From Octopus vulgaris (lineage: Eukaryota): 64,000 bases of DNA. The notes under the pieces were generated by a model. It was not told where the DNA came from. It did not search any database and was given only the letters and a program-made list of their open reading frames with translations. Within the stretch, counting starts at the first letter, position 1, and every line of letters begins with the position of its first letter. The position numbers and the translations under genes are program-made. The stretch is taken from NCBI GenBank assembly GCA_951406725.2, contig OX597822.1, positions 58,156,001 to 58,220,000 on the forward strand. The letters are read 5' to 3'. This document shows positions 1-12,265 of this stretch, piece after piece.

Positions 1-1867
1 ACAAATCCAGTAGAATGGACACAGTAAATCACACAGACTAGCATAGGTCCAAATAAGTCCTGGTCCAGCCAGTAAACCAATGGACAATGACATTCCAGCT
101 GTAATCACCCTATCTTTTATTCAGAAGTAATAAACACATCTAAAACCACATTATCCAATGCGTCCTTTTTATTTTTAATTTTTAAAGGTTGTAGAATGTG
201 AGTGGAAGGAAATTGGCTGCTATTTCCAGTAGACAGCTATATAGAAGCCTATGGTAGCTGTGGTTGGGTTTCTTTTGTCAGTTGCCCTGCTGATAATACC
301 TTTTGAAGCAAAAACATGTGTCCATAACTGTCCTCTTATCTCCAAAAAAATCTATCCTTTTCCATAAAGACATGTCAAATTTAGATAATTCCTAAGTCTT
401 GAAGATACCTCTTCTTCTCATACAGAGCTGGCCTTAATTGCTATTTGGAAATTATGGCACATCCTCTAGAGGTGAAGATTATTTTAATGAATTAGGAACT
501 TGTGTTGTATGGGATTTGATATACCTGTATTCGCCTATATACATGCTTTTTTTGTTTTTGTTTTATTGTTGTTTTTTGTGGGGAGGCACAGGTATAGTTG
601 AGTACTTAAGAAGTTTGCTTCCTAATGACATGGTTTTGGGTTTAATCCCAGTCTGGCACCTTCTACTCTGAGCAGACCAAAGCTTTGTGAGGGGACATGG
701 TGGATGGAAACTGGAAACTGAAAGAAACCTATTGTATATATAAACAACAGCCTCCTGACAGTGTTGTTTGCTTGAAGTTTACCATGAAAGCATGTCCAAG
801 CTTCTTGACATGTTCTGATATGTTGAGTGATTTTTGTAAACATTAAGCTCATTAAATTAGTGTTATGTTTGATAGACAGTAAGGTCATTATGTCACTTGG
901 AAATAAAGAAAGTTGGCAACAGAAAGGGCAACCTCTGCAGCAATGTACTCTCTTCTGAGTGTAGAAAAGGAGACATTAAATCAATAATGATGATGATAAT
1001 GATGATGACATCATTTGTTTTTTAATGCTAACTTGGGATAGACAGGTATATTATTGAGGCATTGTAAAACAATACTGGATGTCCTTCCTGTCACTAACTC
1101 TTACTTATTTTTCAAGGGACCTCTTATTGTATATGTCTTCAAAGACACCACATCAGTGAATGATTTGTTGATAGGGAAAACTTGTAGCTCAGAGATTTTG
1201 GAGAAACACACACACACATAGTAGGCTTCTTTCAGTTCTTGTTTGCCAAATCAACAAGGCCTTAGTTGTGGTAGAAGACAACTTGCCCAAGGTACCACAC
1301 AGTGGGACTGAACTTTAAGACATATGACTGGGAAGTGAGCTTCTTAGCTACTCTGCCATACCTACATCTTGTATAGCAGGAAATTCATTAATTATTAACT
1401 ACCATTATTAAAATAATTATAATCACAGAAATTTGTTAGCTTTTCAGTGTTAATGTAACTTACAGAGTGTTTATTGTTTTGTTAGAGATTATAAAGAGAA
1501 ATAAAGCTGGTTTGTTAAACTCTCTCACACACACACACATAAAGAGCAGTTCCAGATGGTGAACTTTGAGCCAACAGAGAGCTAGATGAGGTACCTAATA
1601 TTTCTGACGTAGATTTATTATGTATTTGTCAAAAGTAATGAATTTACAATCCACTTAAGAATAAATTGGATATTTATATTTCAAAGAGAGCAGAAGTGAT
1701 GCTATAATTTCTCATTAGGCAGAATTGAAACATGAACTACTGGTATTGTTTTCTACTTGATATTGCTTTATTTTCTTTGTTATGACTCTGTCATATGTAA
1801 GGGTTCATATATGAGTCACAAAACCCAGTTGGAGCATAGCTTCATTGAACATTTACAATTCTATTCT

Positions 1868-2093
1868 TATTTCTTTATTGCCCACACGGGGCTAAACATA
1901 GAGGGGACAAACAAGGACAAAGGGATTAAGTTGATTACATCGACCCCAGTGCATAACTGGTACTTAATTTATTGACCCTGAAAGGATGAAAGGCAAAGTC
2001 GATCTTGGTGGAATTTGAACTCAGAATGTAAAGACAAACGAAATACCACTAAGCATTTCGCCCGGCATGCTAACGTTTCTGCCAGCTCACCGC
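1868..2093 (-). mobile_element. tRNA-derived SINE, family B (head GGCGGCGAGCTGGCAGAAACGTTAGC, B-box GTTCAAATTCC)
   Basis: Close match to other copies in the window (25248-25478, 42422-42663, 56170-56420 and others); has a pol III B-box and an A-rich 3' end. Confidence 0.85.
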
Positions 2094-2352
2094 TCTACAA
2101 CTCTATTCTATAATGCTATATACACTGGCACCAGTGTATATAGCTACATGCACTGATAGCAACTATTGTTGCAGGCTGATCCTTTAGCATTTAAACCAGC
2201 CATATCCAGCCTAAATATTCTACCTGTTTGATGTTAAAATTGATCATATCTGGCCTCTCACACCTACTCAACAATGTCATTCTAAAAATAAATTTCTATC
2301 TTTTTTTTTTGTCACTCTCTATGGAACATAGACATTAAATGATGATATATAT

Positions 2353-2388
<36 letters not shown>

Positions 2389-2724
2389 TGACAACATCAT
2401 CAGTTTCACATGTTTACCATGCTTACATAAGTTGGGCCACTTTTCTCCAACACAGCATCTCACTGCTTATTGTGTTTCATCTCTTTGTAGGTGTCACCAC
2501 ATCTACTCATGCACTCCTTGTCAGTCTTTCTCTTTCTCAAGTTCCCTCTACTTAAAATGTCTGGGATTTCTTCATCCAGCTTTCATCATTTATATATCTT
2601 ACTTCTCAGTATGAGTGCAGTCTCCTTTCATGTATATATTTTCTAACATAGAATTTATATAGCAATACTGAGAATGTTTCACTAAGACTTCATATTTCAT
2701 ATATTCAGCCTATTTAATCAAATA

Positions 2725-3105
2725 CTCTGTGGCTGTATGATAAGAAACCTTCTCCTCAATCACATGGTCCCAGGTTCAGTCCCACTGCATGGCACCTTGA
2801 GCAAAGTGTTTTCTACTTGTAGCCTCAAGCCAACCAAAGCCTTGTGTGTGGATTTGGTAGATAGAAACTGAAAGAAGCCTGTTGAATATATATATGTGTG
2901 TATGTCTTTGTGTTTGTGTGTGTCCCACCACTGCTTGACAACCAGTGTTGGCATTTATTACCCTGTCATTTAACAGTTCAACAAATGATACTGATAGAAG
3001 GACCCGGCTTTTAAAAAAATAAGCCCTGGGGGTGATTTATTCAGCTAATACCCTTCAAGGTGGTGCCCCAGCATTGCTGCAGTCAAAAGTAAATGAAAAG
3101 ATAAA
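2725..3105 (+). mobile_element. tRNA-derived SINE, family A (diverged copy)
   Basis: TGGCTGT..TAAG head, GGTTCAGTCCC box, CCTTGAGCAAAGTGT core, internal (TA/TG) tract and GTAAAAG-like tail. Confidence 0.8.
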
Positions 3106-3573
3106 AGCTATACTTAGGGCTTCATCATATATTGTATACCTCAGAATATTGCATTGAAATGTATACAGGCACAGGCATGGCTGTGGAGGTGCAAGCATAG
3201 CTTTGTTAAGGATTTAGCATCCCAATCATATGTTTTTAGGTTCAGTCCCACTGCATGAAAGCCTATTGTGTGTAATGTTTGTCCCACACCATGCTTGATA
3301 GCTGATATTGGTTTGTTTACATCCCTTAGCAGTTTGGTGAAAAAGACCAGTTGAATAAGTACCAAACTTGAAAATAAGTACTGGGGTCAATTTATTTAAG
3401 TAAACCCTTCAAGGCAGTGCTCCAGCATGACCACGGTCCAATGAGTGAAACAAGTAAAAGATACTCAGGTTTTCCTAAAATACTTTATATACCTCAATAT
3501 TTTATTACTGTGTGCATATTCAACATATTTTATTAAATACTTCATGTACTCTCAGAACCTTTTAAAATACTAT

Positions 3574-3620
<47 letters not shown>

Positions 3621-5316
3621 GTTTAAGGATACTTCATATATCTTTCTTTCACTTGTTCTTTTACTTGTTTGAGTCATTAGACTGTGGCTATGCTGGGGCA
3701 CCACCTTGAATTTTTAGTTGAATGTATTGACTCGTGTACTTACTTAAAAAAAAAATTTTGCCCAGAATATTTTATTAAATACTATTATGTTTATGTAGAA
3801 AGGTTCATTATAAAATGATGAAGATGGAGAAGGTGATTGGTCTTGTTGACATTCGTGACACTACCTGTGTACTTTAGACAACAATATCATTAGCCCCAGT
3901 TCATCATTATCACATGTTCTTTAAAGATCCTAATATTCGTGGAAAGCAGGGCAGAGAAGGAAAAAGAAAAAGAAGTGATAAGACAATATTTCTCATGAAC
4001 TTATTAGTTGAGAAAAAAAGGGCCCTATAAAATAGGGGCAGTAGTTCAGGTTATTTAGAGATCCCAGGTACTGAAGTGACAAAGTAAATCCTGCCACGGG
4101 GCATAACTAAATGTACCACTTATATCATTTCAATCATGTCTCCCTAACCCCTCCACATATGCTGCCCCACTTCACCCCTCACTTCTGTCTGCTGACTATT
4201 TTCTTGTTTTTTTTAATTGACCTACTAAATATTTCACCCTGATTGATATAGTAAATTGCTAAGAAGCCCCATATTTCTTCCTCACTTTCCCCTCTTTTAC
4301 CTCTGTTCTTAAAGCCAGTGAAGTAGGAGAGAAATGGCTGCAAGGAATGTTTGGAAGATTATTTAGGAAATAAGGTTATGAGATGAGAATTTTCATACAG
4401 GGCTTTTTCTTTTTCTGCTCCCATCATCTTAATTTTAATCCTTAACCTAAAACAAATATGTATTAATCAGTGTGATAGTAAGATCTTGAGTTTAAATCAC
4501 ATACAATGACTGTGGTGATCATGTGCATCTCACTGAGCTAAGTTATTCTGTGCACCTCAATCTCACATCTGTGATAAGAAAGTATATCATCTGTGCTAGT
4601 TGGCCAAGAAAGAAATTGCAGAACACCTCATCTGACATCTATGATAGGAAAGTCTATGGAAGAAAACCAAAGTTTTGATAGTGTTTACAATAGGATTTTA
4701 ATTGGGGTCATGAAAGAGATGGACTTCACAATTATGATTTTGCTAATGTTTACAATGAACATTTGACAGGAGAGGAAAGGTAGTAACCTTCTTAATTATG
4801 TTAAATAACGTTTGCAAATTTCGGCACAAAGCCAGCAATTTTAGAGGGAAATGACGAGTCCACTACATTGACAAGTGTTTGACTTGTACTTGTAATATCA
4901 ACTTTCAGAGGATGAAAGGTGAAGTTGACCTAAAAGGGGTTTGAACTCAAAATATTTAAGTGTTAGAATAAATGCTGCTAAACATTTTTTTCCCAACATG
5001 CTAAGAATTTTGTCAGCTTGCCACCTTGATTATGTTAAATAATGATAGTACCTTTAATTAGTGTTAAATTTGCAATTACTGTGACACCATAAATTTTAAA
5101 CCAATCAATATATAATATAATATTTAATAGTACATGCAGCATTTCACCAGAAGATAATTTGCTTATATTGACGTAGTTATGATATACAAAAATTTTCCAC
5201 GGTTAAACTGACTCAAAATTAATTGAGAGAGAGAGGAGAATCAGATAGATAGATTTGATTTTGGATAAATACTTATATTATTTAAAAACTTCTGTTTGTA
5301 GTTTAATTTTATATTA

Positions 5317-6375
5317 CAGTGTTCCCTCTCAGTGTGAAGGTGCATGGCTTAGTGGTTAGGGGCATTTGGCTCATGATCGTAAGGTCATGAGTTCAATTCC
5401 CGGCAGCGCATTGTGTCCTTGAGCAAGACACTTTATTTCACGATGCTCCAGTCCACTCAGCTGGCAAAAATGAGTAGTACCTGTATTTCAAAGGGCCGGA
5501 CTTGACACACACTGTGTCATGCTGAATCTTCCCGAGAACTACATTAAGGGTACACGAGTCTGTGGAGTGCTCAGCCACTTGCACGTTAATTTCATGAGCA
5601 AGCTGTTCCGTTGATCGTATCACCTGGGAACCTCATTGTCGGAACTGACGGAGTGCTCCTCCTCCCACAGTGTTCCCTCTTTATAGGGTGGTTGATGGGG
5701 GGGGGTCTAAGAAAATCAACTATATCCTGTTTGGGGGTGCGGCAGGTGATAATAGAAGAAAATGAGATATTTGGTTTGATTAGTAAAGTGCACGAACAGA
5801 AAAAAAAAACATATTCAATCAAGTTTAACATTTATTATTACAAAATATCAAGCACTTACAACAACTTTAAAAAAATATTTACATTGTTTACTTCCTATTG
5901 ACTATAAAATAAGAATTTTCAATAAATACTTATGAAATGCTTTTACATTGCATTTTTGATGTCATGCCACCTAGTGAATGATTTGAAAGCCCTTAAAAGT
6001 ATGTTTAATATCAATTTGTTTCACTCATTCAAACCCTTTGATTGGCCGAAGCTTCTCCAAACAATCCAATCAAATCATGGAAAACAAGCTGTCAAAAGCA
6101 CTCAGCAGTCAAAAAGGTGTTGTTTTCATTACAAAATCAACGAAACCTATAATTGGCACCCAATTACATGGTAACCAATTGCAATATTTTCAAGCTGTTG
6201 GTTAAGGTATGTATTTTATTGAAATTTGCTGAAATTCTGCTTTTGATCAAGATTTTTGCAAGTTGTGAGCGATAATGATGGAAATTCTGCTTCAAGTTAT
6301 TTGGGGTTCATCAAACCACCCGCATTATATGTGGAGACACGGTATAGTGAGACGCCTTTTAAAGAGGGAGCACTG
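5317..6375. mobile_element. Non-autonomous Tc1/pogo(Tigger)-like DNA transposon, TA-flanked, with a SINE inserted in its left TIR
   Basis: The ends read TA|CAGTGTTCCCTCT(TT)...AAAGAGGGAGCACTG|TA, a terminal inverted repeat pair with TA target sites. Confidence 0.7.
5330..5666 (+). mobile_element. tRNA-derived SINE, family E, with a 14-bp TSD
   Basis: A-box TGGCTTAGTGG, B-box GTTCAATTCC and a CORE-like TCCTTGAGCAAGACACTT. The direct repeat ACAGTGTTCCCTCT lies at 5316-5329 and 5667-5680. Confidence 0.85.
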
Positions 6376-6624
6376 TATATTCTTACTCTAACATTATTTT
6401 ATTAACCAATCAAATCATTTATTCTACATTCTTCCTAAAACAAGAAAATAAATAAACAGGAAGTTATAATCTATATACATGTATTAATCTTACCCTTAAT
6501 TTACAGATACTTACATGAGAACTAATGGATATTTTTATGAAGTTAAAATATACGGCTACTGAACACACAAGTAATTATGAACCAGATGATGACAATGTAA
6601 TGAAATCAAAAGAATTTGTACAAA

Positions 6625-6997
6625 GGTGCAAAGTGGCTGTGTGGTAAGTAGCTTGCTAACCAACCACATGGCATCTTGGGTAAGTGTCTTCTGCTATAGC
6701 CCCGGGCCGACCAAAGCCATGTGAGTGGATTTGGTAGACGGAAACTGAAAGAAGCCTGTCGTATATATGTATATATGTATGTGTGTGATGTTTGTGTGTC
6801 TGCGTTTGTCCCTCTAGCATTGCTTGACAACCGATGCTGGTGTGTTTACGTCACCGTCACTTAGCGGTTCGACAAAAGAGACCGATAGAATAAGTACTGG
6901 GCTTACAAAGAATAAGTCCCAGGGTCGATTTGCACGACTAAAGGCGGTGCTCCAGCATGGCCACAGTCAAATGACTGTAACAAGTAAAAGAGTAAAG
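6625..6997 (+). mobile_element. SINE family A, near full length
   Basis: Collinear with the copies at 15328, 19795, 24257 and 40974. Confidence 0.9.
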
Positions 6998-7289
6998 ACT
7001 AATCTAAGCCTTGCCCATCATACCATCATGCATATATATATGTATGTAATATATATCTATATATATATTTTCTTTAAATTGTTTCAGCTTTAAAGCTGCA
7101 GTCATGCTGGGGCACAATATTTCTTTTAAATGTTTCAGCCCAAAGACTGTGGCCATGTTGACATTAAAATAAAGATAGAGAACTATACATATATGCAGTT
7201 TTTTTTTTTATTACAGTCTTTTAGCTATCTCTCTCTTTCTCTCTCTCTTTTTCTGTCTTCCCACTCTCTCTGTATATATCATCTATTCA

Positions 7290-7466
7290 CATTGTATAAA
7301 TTGATAATGCATTATCACATTATCACATAGCTTTGAGATCCTGGTGATGTGATCGTTTATTTTTATATTGTAGGGAAGGTGTGAGAGACCAGACTTGGCC
7401 AGTTTGAAGATAAAACGGGTCAAATATTTGGGTTGATTATGGCCTGTTTAAATGCTAAAAGGTTAA
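7290..7466. mobile_element. piggyBac-like TTAA MITE (partial)
   Basis: Ends in AATGCTAAAAGG|TTAA; the body matches 34516-34735. Confidence 0.65.
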
Positions 7467-7537
7467 TGATCTCAGCATCTCTGTGAAGGACAGCTTCCTG
7501 TTTTACAATTCCAAGCAAAACTGATTGATGAAAATGA

Positions 7538-8005
7538 ATCATCATCATCATCGTTTAACGTCTGCTTTCCATGCTAGCATGGGTTGGATGATTTGACTGA
7601 GGACTGGCGAACCAGATGGCTGCACCAGGCTTCAATCTGATCTGGCAGAGTTTCTACAGCTGGATGCTCTTCCTAATGCCAACCACTCTGAGAGTGTAGT
7701 GGGTGCTTTTATGTGCCACTGGCACGAGGGCCAGTCTGACGGTACTGGTAAAGGCCACGCTCAAATGGTGTTTTTTACGTGCTACCTGCACAGGAGTCAG
7801 TCCAGTGGCACTGGCAACGACCTCGCTTGACTGCTTTATTCACGTGCCACTGGCACAAGTGCCAGTAAGGCGACACTGGTAATGATCACGCTCGAATGGT
7901 GCTTTTTACATGCCACTGGCATGGAAGCCAGACAGCTGCTCTGGCAGTGATCCCGCTCGGATGGAGCTGTTAGCGCTCCACTGGTACGGGTGCCAGTCAT
8001 CGAAT
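7538..8005 (-). mobile_element. 3' UTR of an RTE-clade LINE with (GAT)n tail and internal ~65-bp tandem units
   Basis: The same sequence adjoins RTE ORF remnants at 46900 and 49450; (ATC)n on the plus strand marks the tail. Confidence 0.8.
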
Positions 8006-8709
8006 TCAGTTACTTGACAAAATATCATTGCAAAACAATCAACAAAGTTGACTAAAGAAGATCCTTGGAAAATGGACAGAGATCTGAAACTTGAAAGAAA
8101 GGGTCACAATTGGTATGCCTGTGATCATAGTGTTGCTTGATCAGAGCTGATGTGGGGTTAAACAGCAGCATTAACATCACTCGCAACGATGACGTCAGCA
8201 ACATTAGTATCATCCTCAACAGCATCCGCAATTCTATCTCAACAGCATCACCATAATAACATGCAGTACACCACCATCTCCGCTATCACCATTACACAGG
8301 CACAACATCCTCCTCTATAATCATAACTATTATTATTTCATTGTTTCTTCAGTTCTGCCTTTCTTTACTTCCTCTGAAGTAATCACTTCACGAAAACAAT
8401 AACAAACAAATAAGCACACCCCTCACCAAAAGAAAAAAAAAGAAAAAAGAAACACAAAGAGAGAGGGAGGAGGAGGGAGAAGGAGGGAGAAGAAAAGCAG
8501 TTCCAAGTGAAGTAGAAGTGTGGGATCTAACCCATACCACCTCATATTTATCTCAGTACTTATGGAATTTTGAAAGATTCCCTTAATAGCACTCAAGTGA
8601 CAATTAAAATAACGTTGGGTTACTTAAAAGTGATTGGCTTTCATAAGCAGATATACAGCTGTGCTAGAACAGATGTCGAAGACATATTTTACATTGAATG
8701 CATTTAATA

Positions 8710-8744
<35 letters not shown>

Positions 8745-9060
8745 AACAATAATAATCCTTTCTGTTATAGGCACAAGGCCTGAATAATAATAATAAAAGT
8801 TCCAAATTTTGCCACAAGGGCAGCAATTTGGGGGGAGGAGATGAGTCAATTACATTGACCCCCCGGTGTTCAACTGGTACTTATTTTATCAATCCTGAAA
8901 GGATGAAAGGTAAAGTTGACCTTGGCGGAATCTGAATAATAATAATAATAATAATAACAATTCTTTCTATCTAATTTCAGCACAAGGCCAGCAATTTTGA
9001 GTGGAGTGGTGTTAGTTAATATCATCAACCTCAGTACCTGATTGGTACTTTTATTTTACC

Positions 9061-9400
9061 TTGGGCAAGTATCTTCTACTATGGCCTCAGGCCGACCAAA
9101 ACCTTGTGAGTGGATTTGGTAGATGGAAACTGAAAGAAGCCCGTCGTATATATATGTATATGTATATATATATATGTGTGTGTGTGTGTTTGTGTGTCTG
9201 TGTTTGTCCCCACCAACATCGCTTGACAACTGATGGTGGTGTGTTTACGTCCCCGTAACTTAGCGGTTCAGCAAAAGATACTGATAGAATAAGTACTAGG
9301 CTTACAAAAGATAAGTCCTGGGGTCGTTTTGCTCGACTAAAAGAAAGGCAGTACTCCAGCATAGCCGCAGTCAAATGACTGAAACAAATAAGAGTAAGAG
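9061..9400 (+). mobile_element. SINE family A, 5'-truncated
   Basis: Core and 3' part closely match other family A copies. Confidence 0.85.
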
Positions 9401-11099
9401 TATAAATAAATGTTCTCTCTGAAAAAATTTTTGTGTCATTTAATGATTAACATTAGAGAGGTTGTGTTGTCCCTACAAGACAAATTAGACATTCCAAAGC
9501 AGTTTCATCTCAAGCACAACTAAAGGAGAGTCTTATTTTCCATGCATTATCTCTGTTAGTTCCTTTCTGTTCCATACAACTGGATGACAAATAAGCACAA
9601 TGAGAAAGTGGAAAAGTAAAAGGAGAGAACCAGAGATGTAGGGAGAGTGGGGAACAGGAAAGCAAACAATGGAAGAGGGGAAACAGTAAGACAGCTACAT
9701 GAAGGTTCTTGGTAAGGGGAGGGAATAAAAGCAAAGATTATCATATCACTACCATTTTTATATTTGCTTTCCCTGGGTGACAAATGTTAAAATTTGTATA
9801 AAAAGTCAGGTCTGCAATGAAGGTTTATAAAATCTGTACTTGCTCATTTGTTATCAAGCTTGACAAAAGATCTATGCTATTGTTTCAGCAATTAGAGAAA
9901 CAACATTGTGTAGAAATCAGTTTGACAAGTGTAACAATTGCACATCAATCTTGTAACCCTGTTCATTATGACAATATAGATTGTGGTGGATTACATCTGC
10001 TGTTGTTTGGTTCCAGTTTGCCTCTGATGAGCACACACATGATCAAAAACACTCCCTATCTGTGACCATCCCATCTGTTTGGACAGCATTAGGCTTTAAT
10101 GTCTCTCTTTCCATGCTTGTACGGGTCAGACAAAATTCATTGAGTTAGATATTTTGTGGCTGGATGCTCTCCTGTTGCTAACCTTCACCTGTTTCAGTCT
10201 AAATACATTTTCATTGAATTTGATTGCAAATAAACAACCCTGCTTGTGTGACAATGCTGTTTGTTTACAATTAGCACACAATGTCAAAGACAAGGACACA
10301 CACAAACACTCACATATATATGAGGACCTTTGTTTCAGTTTCTACCAATCAAATTCACTCATCAGACTTTCGTTAGCTATACTAGAAGACACTTGCCTAA
10401 GGTGCCTTGCAATGGGTCTAAACTCAAAACCACTTAGTTGTGAAGCAAACTTCTTAAGCACATAGCCATGCCTGCACATAATGATTTAATAAAAATGACT
10501 GATTTAATAATAAAAATAATTTAATAATTTAATAAAAATAAGTGGAGTTTGGTTGAGGGCTATAGTTATATCACTCTGTGCATATGTGTGTCTGTGTGTA
10601 AGTGTAATTCCATTGTGAAGGCAATGTATAATGGAGACATACACTTCAACAGTAACAGTTCACCACTGGATCATTACTTTCTGCCATGCTATACTGTACA
10701 TTGTCATATTGTCAAGGATGATGAATGACATCAGAAAAAAAGACTTAGGAAGAAATCTGTGGCAGCAGGCCTACATGTGTCAGTCATTACTCACACACTA
10801 AAACAATTACACACACAGACACACTAATTTATGGCAAAAATACATATTCTAAAACCAATATTAAAAATTACTTTTGAAGGCTCTTATTTACAAACTGCAT
10901 GACCTTTTTTTTTTGTGTAGTTTCTTATTTTGAAAGGTAAATATGGCTGACTCTCAAAACAGACTTATGATAGATCTCGGATGTCTGAAAGCTGATTTAA
11001 ATGTAGTATATTAAAAATTTTTTTCTGAAATCTTTGGTGAGTAATGTGTAATATTTATTTTCACTGTAATATATGGAGTTTTGGTCTTAATGTCTTGAT

Positions 11100-11460
11100 A
11101 TATCAGGTGCAATCCCACATATGTAATATTACCAAAACTACATCACAAAAATTAAGATTCTTTTCCCAAGCCAGAAAATACTTCATTCCTCATCCTGACC
11201 AAATGCAGACCCTCTACAAAGTTCAAGTTAAAGTCACATTGCTATGCTACCGTCACTTCTGGAAGTGTACTGCTATTACACAAATATACTGATCTTTGAT
11301 CACACCCAAACAAAAGCCATTTGACTAACTGACATTGTTTCACTCACTCACACACAACAACCTCTGGTCCATAGATGCTAAATTTAAACTCTTTGTCTTT
11401 TCTTACATTACTCTGCACCTCTGAATGAGCTAGCTGCATAGCTATTGCTCTCAGAATTAA
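11100..11460 (+). pseudogene. Degenerate CR1/L2/Jockey-group LINE ORF2 C-terminal fragment (continues at about 12270-12420 after the piggyBac)
   Basis: SHICNITKTTSQKLRFFSQARKYF...QTLYKVQVK...CYRHFW...FDHTQTKAI resembles the post-RT region (HI..IAK.ASQKLGFL.RARKYF..LLTLYKAQIRP.LEYCSHIW...LDRIQ.KAIRL). Confidence 0.7.
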
Positions 11461-11495
11461 GTGACAAATACATCACACTCCTCCTATAATCTTAA

Positions 11496-12265
11496 CCCCT
11501 TAATGGATTATCTCGAGTTTACTCGTGCATCACAAATGTATCTTTTTAGAACCAGATGAGTATACTTGGTCAAAATTAACTTTTAATTTTAGCACTCAAA
11601 CAAGTTTATTTGTTTTGTGTCATTGTTTATTATGTTTTGTATAAAGCATTTTTGGAAACTTCAGCTTCTGCTATGAAACCGCTGAAATTTAGAATGCAAA
11701 TAATCACCAAGATTATTGAAAAATATAGGCCCTTATTACCTCCCACAAAACCAGGAAGACCATCATCGATCCCACATCCAACAAGATTTGCACCAGCTGG
11801 TCACTTTCCCATGGAAATACCACCAAGTGAGAAGAAAAAGAACTCTACAAGACAGTGTGCAAAATGTGCAGATAAGAGAGACGCTAAAGGAAAGAAGATT
11901 CGTAGAGAAAGTAGACATGTGTGATGTCTGCAAGATAACTTTGTGTGTAACTCCTTGTTTTAAAAATTACCATTCTAAATAAACTGTCTATCTCATTTAA
12001 AAAAAAATTTCCTTTGATTTAAAAGTAATACATCTTATAAAAAAAATCAAAGATAGTTAAGTTGTATGTATTTTTTCAATGTCCGAGTTAACTCATTTAA
12101 ATCCAAATGAGTAAAAGTACATTTTAATTTCTATAATAAAAAAAAAGGAAACAAGATAAAAAAAACTTTTTTTGTAATTAACACAGTGTATATAATTAAA
12201 AAAGGAAATTTAAAAATATGCTCTGAAATGAAACGCCATGTCAAAATAATTGATCCATTAAGGGG
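11496..12265 (+). mobile_element. Internally deleted piggyBac element (770 bp) retaining the transposase C-terminal Cys-rich domain
   Basis: TTAA|CCCCTTAATGGAT ... ATCCATTAAGGGG|TTAA gives perfect 13-bp TIRs and TTAA TSDs. The element encodes GHFPMEIPPSEKKKNSTRQCAKC...RRESR/MCDVCKITLCVTPCFKNYH with one frameshift near 11918. Confidence 0.92.

Noticed and set aside
5338-5410. tRNA-like sequence with A and B boxes
   Set aside because: It is the head of a multi-copy SINE with a TSD and does not fold into a complete cloverleaf; the same applies to the other SINE heads.
7700-8000. Regularly spaced palindromic repeats resembling a CRISPR array
   Set aside because: The inter-repeat segments are homologous to each other, the context is a eukaryotic LINE 3' UTR, and there are no cas genes.
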